Source: Fimbriosthenelais zetlandica (Eukaryota). From it: a DNA stretch of 64,000 nucleotides. The stretch lies in the NCBI GenBank assembly GCA_977030845.1, contig OZ365114.1:28644001-28708000 (forward strand), written 5' to 3'. Shown here piece after piece: positions 7,801 to 16,980 of the stretch (position 1 is the first letter of the stretch; each line of letters opens with the position of its first letter). Both the position numbers and the translations under genes were made by a program. Under the pieces are notes generated by a model that ran no database searches, had not been told where the DNA came from, and worked only from the letters and a program-made list of their open reading frames with translations.

Positions 7801-10372
7801 TTTTTTTCCCAAAAATGTACCAAACACTACCTTCTATTTCAAAATGTATCAGACCCCCCTACCCCTAGAAACGCCTCACGTCTCCAGCACTTGTAGATGA
7901 GTGCCTTTCACGCTTCGCGCCTACGGCGCTCTTCTTGCCGTTCACAACATTGTTCATAATTTGGACCCCCCACCTTCAAAATCCTGGATCCGCCCCTGGG
8001 TATTGCAACAGTTTGTAGAGCAATTCACTGGTCTCTGTTGACAGTATGTTGTTATGCCTATAATATTGTTGAACTATAGTCAATCATAATTTACAAGACA
8101 AAAATGACTCACCGAAAACCACAAATGTTTTTCTGAGCTCCTGCTCATCATCAAACTCCGGCGTGATTTGACACAAAATGTCCGCATAGTTCATTTCCTT
8201 CTTGGCACGTACAGTCTTCTTAATTTTATATTGGTATGTGCCGTCCGAATTTTTTATGGGATCCTTATACATTTTGCTTGTTTCTCCGTTGAACATCAAC
8301 AAGAATTTTGTCTGAGCGAACTTTGGATACACTCGATTGACAGAACAAGTAATTACAACTTCTGTGTCCACTTGAACTGCTAAATCAGGCGTGACTCTCA
8401 GGTCGAGTTCAGATGTGGCTGGAATGGAGAAAAGTCAGTCGATAGTTTATCTGAACATCAGGTAGCTCAAAATATATTTTTTTTAAATGAAAATCATTTC
8501 TGTAATTTACCAGTTCTTAAGTATAAAATTTATTTTGCTCAAAATGTTTTTTTCGAGCAGGTCCATCATACTTGTTTTATAATCTCAAACAGAACTTGGG
8601 GACAGATTTTAAAATTCAGATGCTTGCAGAGTATATGCTTCCTGCATAAGTCATAGCACAAGGCAGGAATCGATTCTGTTCTGTTTAGAACCTTGTTATT
8701 TAATCATTTTAAATGTTATAAGATTTAAACATACATTAGGTGAATGACTCACTGTAGACTATCAGGTTGATGTATTTAAATGTGTCACTAGCTGACAATA
8801 ATTTACATGTAAACAGTGAATTATCCTCTATCTGTGATCGTCCTATAGTCAGACTGAAGGTGTCGCCATCCTCGTCATCCATGTCCATGTCTTCCCGGGC
8901 GGCGGGTCCATGTGCACATACGGCAACACCCCTAATCTGACCAAACAGAGCGCCCTGCTCATTTTTAACAGTATGATTAGCAAAGCCGCGATACCACCTT
9001 CGAGAAAAGTAATCCACTGTATCACAGTCCAGTGTCACTGGTTGGTGTTCTTTCACAGAGAAGCTTTCATCTGCAAGAGAGAAATATCAGACATTAGTTT
9101 ATCAGATTAAGAAGATGTGGTAATGGTACTAGTGACCGGACTCTTGAAAACTAAGCCCATAGATTTTGGAAGCAACATTATAGCATACTAAAACGTCCAA
9201 AAGTCAAATTTTAGTTTGCCATTCTAGTGAATTGGGGGTCGGAGTGAGGGATGGATAACCCTGAGGTGGAAGCCATCAGGTGCCCCTCCCATTCACTCGT
9301 GGAACATACCATCATGCACCAATACCACTTCTCAGTCAGTTCTATCTATACATGTAGTATTTCCCTCATACCCCAGTAAGTCTAAGAGGTAACTTTCTTA
9401 AAAAGAAATTAAAAGAATATAATAAATTTTAATCAACATATATATATTATATATATGATGATTCATGTGAATGTCTGGATGTGTACCACACCTCAACTAC
9501 TAAATCATACATCCATATACTGGTTCGCACATGAAATAAAGGCAATTGTTGAATATGTATCACTTGATACATTGAAACTATTAAGTCATTTTCAGTCAAA
9601 GAAATCAATATGACTGGGTTACACTCCATATATTTCACTGAATTCTGAATAACTCAAAAGCAATAAAATATAGCTTACTTTTGGTGGTTTTACCAAATCC
9701 GGCTCCAAAATCTGAAGCGATATGCATGGGCACCCACTTTGTCATACCTACCTTCACTATTTTATGAATCTGTGGCCCAGAAACATGCTTTTTAAATCAG
9801 AAATGAAAGATGTATAATTGGTAAAAAAAATTATATTTCATAAATGAACAATGAATGGGAACTTTTAATGTTCTGAGATTTCCCAGAACATCAAATATAG
9901 CCACAATATATTACCATCTGAGATGGCTATAAACATAACCGTCCATGACGGCAATAACCGTCCATGACGGTAGTTTTAATGAATAGAAAATGGGTTTTCA
10001 TTTAGAATAAATTTTAAGGTAAGAGCAGTACCTGTAAAAGGGGCTTATGAAAGTATGAAAAGACAACTGACATTTCCTGGAATTATTAAACAGATTTATG
10101 TAGGACTGTCACGAACCGTTATGGACTGTTATTTTGAGCTGCTCTATCTTTGTAAATTATTATAGATAAGCTGCCCGGCTATAGATTTGAAAACACATGC
10201 ATATATATATTTAACAGTAAAAAGGGCGATGTTGAAAGAACAAATTTATATTTTACCCATCTCGAGGGTCAAGTGTAACCCAGTCGTGAGAACCATACTC
10301 ACCCGCATCCAAAGAATAGGCAGATGGGATTGACAGGATTTGTAAGAGGAGAATAACCATGAACGTGTCCAT
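4596..10372 (-). CDS. Ig-superfamily type I membrane receptor, SP-V-C1like-V-C1like-TM-ITAM-like tail; 7 exons, 1713 nt, ~570 aa
   Basis: Manually spliced exons 10303-10372, 8753-9070, 8113-8418, 6076-6393, 5436-5741, 5096-5239, 4596-4846. All introns are GT-AG and phase 1, the joined frame is open from ATG to TAG, and the domain order is coherent. Confidence 0.9.
5096..5239 (-). CDS. Ig receptor exon 6: transmembrane helix and juxtamembrane segment
   Basis: TTTTATAG acceptor, G|GTTAAG donor, 144 nt. DPWKSS-ILPAVVGGSLGLLVLIIVIVVVVVSFL-KRKSKR-EDENESGYE, i.e. a hydrophobic helix followed by a basic stop-transfer cluster. Not in the ORF track. Confidence 0.9.
5436..5741 (-). CDS. Ig receptor exon 5: C1-like Ig domain (copy A)
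   Basis: ITCSVGRVYP...PIQNSDGTYQY...ILC; GT-AG, phase 1-1, 306 nt. Confidence 0.9.
6076..6393 (-). CDS. Ig receptor exon 4: V-type Ig domain (copy A)
   Basis: Same splice sites as 8753-9070 and differs from it by 1 nt (K/E). Confidence 0.9.
6437..7998. mobile_element. 1562-bp non-autonomous DNA transposon-like insertion
   Basis: Termini CAGTGGCGG / CCGCCCCTG (inverted); GGTAT directly flanks both ends (6432-6436 and 7999-8003); the empty site is visible at 5317-5330. Confidence 0.65.
8113..8418 (-). CDS. Ig receptor exon 3: C1-like Ig domain (copy B)
   Basis: TTCCAG acceptor, G|GTGAG donor, 306 nt. ITCSVNRVYP...PIKNSDGTYQY...ILC with 57 residues between the Cys. Confidence 0.9.
8753..9070 (-). 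CDS. Ig receptor exon 2: V-type Ig domain (copy B)
   Basis: TTGCAG acceptor, A|GTGAG donor, 318 nt. VTLDC...RWY...FSLTI...EDNSLFTC with 72 residues between the canonical Cys. Confidence 0.9.
10303..10372 (-). CDS. Ig receptor exon 1: signal peptide MDTFMVILLLQILSIPSAYSLDA
   Basis: ATG at 10372, hydrophobic core VILLLQILSI, AYS-L cleavage-like motif, donor G|GTGAGT in phase 1 matching the V-exon acceptor. Confidence 0.85.
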
Positions 10373-11399
10373 GTTGATGTTACATCCATGAAGAAATTCT
10401 CGATCGTGACCAAACTTTGCTTCACTTCCGTGGGTGTATTTTTATAATCGATGCATATACAACTTTGTTCTAAACTTCTCAATTTCGCGATTCGACAATT
10501 TCCTAATTTTTAAATTCGCATTGTGACCTAGCATTCGAGTGTTTTAAACGACCTTAATTAATACAAACGCGGTATATAACTGTTTTCCAGTAGATAACCA
10601 ACGATGGTTATAAGTACTATTATTGAGAAATAAGATAATATAAGATCCTTGAGTTCCTCGTTGGATAAATTGGCGTTCTTTCCGGATATAACATGTTTTG
10701 CTACTATATAGAGAGGTGACCTTTCTGTAATTATTCTCACAGATAACAGAGATAGTGCAAGTATGGAGCAAACATGGCGATGATCAGTTACACATAATAA
10801 ACTGTCTAACGCAGTGACAGGGATTTATGGAAGAAGATGTAAACCTATTGCAAATAAATAACATATCCGTATACATGTGCACCCACTTCCAAGACGTACG
10901 TGCATGCGCACACTACTTTTTCCTATTTCTTGGCGCTACACGTTTGGTACAATCTCTTTCTTCCACAAATAACGGTTTTGTCAAGTTTCTTTTTTCTTTA
11001 ATGGAAATTAACTTCACTTGGGAACTTGGGCCTCACTCATTTCACAGTTACGTGACACCTCACCCAGTCACCCTATCTTGAAACCAGGCAAACCAGTTCT
11101 AGTACTGTCCTCTTACTGCTGAGTGTATTAGTATTAGTTTTAATTTTGAAGTCTGAACTGGCGACCTTCCACAGACAGACAGAAAACTGCGGTTCCTGAC
11201 TTTAGACTAGGTGGCGAAGGCTGCTGTGTGGATGAGATCTCCTAATGGAGGTTCCTAATCTACACACCAGGTGGCGAATGGTGGCGAGGGAGTGGCTTCC
11301 ATGCAGTAGGAGAGAGAGAGTGAGATGGAGAGAGAGAGTAGTTCCACTGGTCAGTGGGAAACAGTAGTTGTAGGAGGAGAGACAGAGAGAGGAGAGAAC

Positions 11400-11453
11400 A
11401 TGGATCTAAACTGGATTACCACCTACATATTAGTAATAGCACTACTAACAGGG
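11400..11453 (+). CDS. Probable exon 1 (signal peptide MDLNWITTYILVIALLTG) of the nAChR-like gene
   Basis: ATG, hydrophobic core, GGG|GTAAGT phase-0 donor. It joins in frame to the phase-0 acceptor at 56675 to give ...LLTG-GGRC-SDGKEAKGPQERY. The link across 45 kb is inferred. Confidence 0.5.
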
Positions 11454-12353
11454 GTAAGTGGAAATCCATCTTAAACTATTTCACCTTTGTCCGTTTTGTG
11501 CATCCCTGAAAAATTATCGAAAATACTTATTATAGATTTCACAAGTATTTTCATATTTTGGGGTATTGTATATGTGGTTCTAGCAGATTATAGTACATGT
11601 CCATTACATTGAACACCCTTTTCTCGGTCCTTGAAGTGTTCAATTATATTTTTATTGGTTTCAAAGGCCGTTATTATGGACTAGGGTCTTCTCAATCAAG
11701 TTGCGCCTACTTGGGAGAAAAAGTATGCCTACAGTTGAGGTAGATTTCATATTATAGTAATGACGACTCCAAATGTTATGCGATCATTGCCAATTGTCAA
11801 CTGCCACGCATTATTATGGAGAATTCAGTTGTTATATCATGTTTATTTCGGGTGTGGGTCCTAAAGCTTGAGTGCCCAATCAACATTGGGAAGCGCTAGG
11901 TTTAAATATAGGCATATGGACTGCAATTAACAGCAATGCATGGCTAGATATGGACCAAACGATAAGTATGATGTTTAGCCGCACCACAACCTGCCCAACA
12001 CTGGTTTGAAATAACAACAAATGAGATTTACGGAAAGCATAACAGAACCAATGATTTAAGCCTAAATGATATAAACTTGACAAAAGAAAGAAGATGCACC
12101 AAATTTAACTGACGCGCACAGTGCCGCTAAAGATGAGACATTTTGGGCTGTGATAGTTTTTTTAGTTTTTTTTTTTAGAATTTTTATAGAGCCTGTTATG
12201 GGTGAAGACCAGCTCACACTCTTGATTACTCAAGTTTCTCGTATGATTTTCAGCTGGGGGCTCTTTCTAAGTGCATTACTACATTGCCTTCTGCGCAATG
12301 GATATTTCTAGGTGCAAGTGCTTTAGACATATGTACACCAACGCTCACCCTGT

Positions 12354-12857
12354 CACTGTACCTAGACCTACCAGTGTAATTCGAATTACCCGAAACCAAA
12401 ATGGCGGATGGTGATTTCCATTCATTTTATTTCATTGAATTGTGACAGAATGAAAGGGAGTTAGAACATGCAGGTTAGATGAGTCTTTTCTTTTAGTGAT
12501 GAAGATGATTACCAAGCACATAAATAACGCCAGTCCTGTCTATTTTCTGCAATATTCGACTATGTTTTTTGTTTGGTATCGTGGTAATTCTATTTGTGTA
12601 CATACAATCGACCCAAATAGAATTACCACGATACCATAGCAAAGAACAAAGTCGGATTTGGCAGAATGTAGACAAGATTGGCTTTATTCATATGCTAGGT
12701 ATTCATCTTCATCACTAAAAGAAAAGACTCACCTAACCTGCATGTTCTAACTCTCTTTAATTGTGTCACAATTCAATGAAATAAAATGAATGGTAATCAC
12801 CATCCGCCATTTTGGTTTCGGGTAATTCGAATTACACTGGTAGGTCTAGGTACAGTG
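12354..12857. mobile_element. 504-bp palindromic MITE with CAC termini and 5-bp TSD (Transib/RAG-like signature)
   Basis: Arms of ~244 bp are inverted copies with the first 63 nt identical (CACTGTACCTAGACCTACC...); CCTGT flanks both sides (12349-12353 and 12858-12862). Confidence 0.85.
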
Positions 12858-15800
12858 CCTGTGTGAGCTGGCGCTCTAACAAACTGAGCTAACTCCCCTC
12901 CTTTCAAAGATGAATTCACTTTTACTCATAACGAACGACAGCTTGTCGTTTTGATAAACCTGAAACAATGCTTCATTAGATGTGAAAGAAATATTCAGAT
13001 TTGTATCATTTTTTGACTCATTTCTGGTCTCTGTTATGTGCCTTTCTCTTACCTTCTTCCACTTTTAAATTCTGAATTCCATTCCACTATCCTCGTTTCA
13101 AGATTGTGTCACCTCTACATCTCCCTCTCTCCTCCCTCTCTCCTCCCACTCTCCTTCCCTTCAGCCCATTTCACCCTGGACACTCTGACTATCTATGGTT
13201 TATGATGTTAACATTGATCTAGTCACCCTGTCGCGCCTTGCTGTGCACCCCAACCACCTCGGAATAAAGCCGGTATATAAGTTTGGTGTCTTTAAAATCC
13301 CAACCTTTTCAAGGATTTTACCTTGTTCTTATAAAATAAAAACCCACGTCACCTTCCCCCACGCACGCCCCCAGAAGCAGGGTATGTGGACACTGTATAA
13401 GGTTGGGGGCGGGGGGGGGGGGAGCGGTGGGGTGAGAACACAAAAAAAGGAAATTTCAAAATGGCTAGCACACCCATCACCCTCCCACCTTATACCCTTC
13501 CGCCCACCACCCTTCCTCTCTCTCCTATACTACCCTCCGTTCCCGCCACCCGCCCACCTTTCTCTTCCACCCACCACCTCCCCCGCCTACTACACCCACC
13601 CCCACACCCACAAGCACCCCCACAACCTACCACCCCCACAACCTACCACCAGTGACACGTGTCAGATATGACGTCAGACGCTGTGATTTAGGTGTGGGAC
13701 CAGGATATTGACATAAACTGGTTCCACAACTTGCCTGAGGCTAGGGTTCTTTATAAGATCAGAATTATCCTAAACGTTCACAGAGGGAGAGCGAGGGAAG
13801 GGGTTGGGGGAGAGTGGGAGTGGAAAGAAGGGAGTGTAGCAACATGTACAAAGACTTTTCCTTGAATCAGACTCTCCCTAATTGAAGAGTTCGAGTGGAT
13901 TTAACAAGTGAAACTGCACGAGCAGGGCTTGTAATTTCCGTGGGATGCCTATTTTATGCTATATGGCAGTTGAGGCCATGGAAACGTCAGCCACAAGGGC
14001 AAAAGCTCAAACGAACCACAAGGTCTAGTCGCAACAAAATCGCAACACTCACGAGGCAAGAGAACTGCGTAGAGTTACAACTTTAAGCGATTTATTTAAA
14101 GTTTAAAGTTGAGAGTTTGGGCTGAGTTTTATTTTTCAGTCAGACCATGTGGGGTGGTGGGAGGCAGTGTGGGTCTGGTGTCTGCTGGAGCTGGGGTGTT
14201 AGCTGATATGGCTGATCAGGCTCAGTTTACATCTCCCCACATGATCTCCATACAAATTCACAAACAATTTACTCCAATATTGACTCAAATTTTCTGGCTA
14301 AACTTAACGATAAAGAGTTCACAGATACAGTTTGCTAAGATAATTGGACATCCAATGAACCGTGATTGCATTTTGTTTTTGTCTCTCGCCTGTCCTTTCT
14401 CTTCATTTTTCTTCCTTATTTCAGATCTATCTGCTTTTCTGTCCCTTTCTATCTGTTCGGCTTTTTCCTATCGACATTTTCATTAAATTGACTTGCCTAT
14501 TAAAAACATTCTTATTCAAGGTAGCCCCCATTGTCATTGGTGTGACAGTGTTTTTGCAATAACTTTGCAAAGCAATAAAAGTTATTGACAAAGGCCTGAA
14601 TATCCTACTGCGCTGATGACATTTATCCCTGCTGAAAAGTAGTGTTTTTGGAATAAATCTAATCCTTGTTAAACATGTCAAAGTCATGAAAGCTCTCCTG
14701 GATCCACTGGTGAAATTTTTCCTGTGAAGCAAGTCTCACAAATACAATCACAGTAGTGGAAAACAACCTTTAAATACCCAAGAACAGCATTGCTTAGAAA
14801 CGTTTTCCAACCCGTGTATTAGCCCAGCCCACTTTAATGTCTACTCCTTTACACATATCCATACCTAACTCTTGGTCAATCTCTCTCAGTTACTTTCTTC
14901 TCTCTTTCTCTGAAAGTTCTGTGTGTGCTGACTTGTGCTCTCCTGTTCAATACTCAACCTTTCATTTCCTCCTCTCCACCTCTCGTCATTTCCACGAGAT
15001 TCACCCTAGATCTCCCTTATATTTACCCTTTTCACCCTTCACCCCCTCTACCAAAGTCGAACCCTCTTATAGTGCTACACTTCCAAGAAGCAAGTCCAGT
15101 ATTTTTGTATTCAACATATTTTTACAGAACTAATCAAGGTTATATGTTCACGGGGCATTTGACTGTACCATGATCTTCCACATATCGCTGTGTCCAGTTA
15201 CAATATGAGAGGGTAAGGTGAGGGATGGTAGGTCGATGGTATCAGAGGATTTCAAGGATATGATTCGGGTAAAAAAATTGTCCATACATATCTAGTACCC
15301 AGAGATTCCTGTTCAGTGGCACGGTCTCCGCCACTGGTCCTTGTAGATCACAGAGGGCTCTATTCCAAACCATCAACCTTTGGATTTCTTTTCATGATGA
15401 TTAAAAAACTTCTGCTTCGTCCCCGAGCGTGGACAATATTGGATTTTCCACCGTATTTGCCGCAATTTTAATTACACTAGCAGGGGGATGCTATTTATGA
15501 GGGGTGCCTTTATTATGCTCCAAATACGGGGGTGACATTTGGGGATTGATATTAAATCAGTTAAATGTTAAAAAAGCATGTTTCTTAACTTTCGTAATAC
15601 ATTATTTAACTAGTTGTATTTATTGTCTCAGTCACATCAGGCCATCAGTTTTTGTTCTGGATTTGTTCACCAAATGGTGATTAAACAATTAAGCAACTAA
15701 TTGACAAATTTAATAACTATCAGAACGTTTTCATTTTAGCTAAACGAATATTTAATGGCAAGAATTAGGAAAATCCAATCTTTGAATTCATTTGCCGAGC

Positions 15801-16814
15801 TTTGTTCGTGATTCTACTAGAACTTCTAAGGTGTGTCACATCTTGGAAGCAGGGCGTTCTGGATGCTTTCTCATTATTTTGTCGTAATCCACTCTCAAAA
15901 ATTGTCCTTTCCCAACTTTTGTTCTTGCCTGAGGAGGTTTTTTTTGCTCTGTTAAAGTAATTTTGGATGGGTTAAAGGCTTGGCTGGCGAATTCCAGTTG
16001 CCGGTTTCCGGCGCCTGGGGGTCTCTCCCGGAAGTCTCACATCTCGGCAAATCACGTGAAATCTCGTCTAATCTCACGTGATAATGAGAGGTGGGGCGCC
16101 ACTCCGCGGGAATTAGAAGAACTGGAGACGAGAGTGTTATTGATGGAAGAAATATTTTCCGGATTTATGAGGGTTTGAAATTGAGAGAATTAATGAATAG
16201 ATTCTAACGCGACCATGTTAATGCAAGCCTTCCATCCAATTTAACGGAAAATTCATGTAGAATTCATTGTGGCTTACTTACCATAGCCTCAACTGCCATA
16301 TCTGCTACACCACTCTCAAATAGAGCATAAACTATAGGTATCTGGTTAATATAAAACTATTTTAAGCATTTGATATATTTCAAGTTAATCATATCGTGAC
16401 AAGATTTGGAAGAGTATATCTTGAAAATCCTTTCATCAGAGCATATATGTGCACATACCCTGATTTGGGACCATCAAAGGGGAATATCAGTAATCACAGT
16501 GGTGTAGATATGTTTAAGTCTCCCTTACTGCTGGTCCAGATGTTTGTACAGTACTGATTCGCTAGAAGTAACTGAATGCCTGCAGGACATACAAGCTTTG
16601 CCCACGGTTATCCCCTACGGGTGGAACTGAGTGCTATTGTGTTACTTTTCCTGCATTTCCCGAGTGATAGAAACATTTCCAGCTCTGCATATAGTAAGGA
16701 TTTGTTACATTTTGTCGATTTTCCAGGAGGTTAAGTTTAAATTTGTACCCCATCTTAATTATGGGAACCTTTTTTCACAGCAGAAATTTAGTTATAAGAC
16801 AGACGTCTCGCATC

Positions 16815-16980
16815 CAGTGCTGCTAACTGGTTTATCAAAGACCAGCCATGTCTTCTGCTGTCTGTGGTGAGAGGCATGTAAAGGTCAGCCATGTTTCCCA
16901 CTGTCTATGCTGAGAGGCATGTAACGGTCAGCCATGTCTCCCACTGACTTTACTGAGAGGCATATGAAAGGCCCGCCAGC
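16815..16980 (+). repeat. 44-bp minisatellite family array (~3 units) with shared leader
   Basis: CCAGTGCTGCTAACTG leader, then units like GGCCAGCCATGTCTCCCACTGTCTGTGGTGAGAGGCATGTAAAA. Confidence 0.85.

Larger units (their letters stand above)
5294..9093. repeat. Tandem duplication of the V+C exon pair (~1.1-kb unit; copies ~5294-6417 and ~6427/7999-9093, offset 2677)
   Basis: Exons, the 334-nt intron and flanks align almost base for base at offset 2677 (1110-bp unit + 1562-bp insertion + 5-bp duplication). Confidence 0.95.

Noticed and set aside
5294-9093. Duplication as an uncollapsed-haplotype assembly artefact
   Set aside because: The junction has microhomology and a transposon insertion with a flanking duplication, and the joined gene stays in frame; long reads would still be the decisive test.
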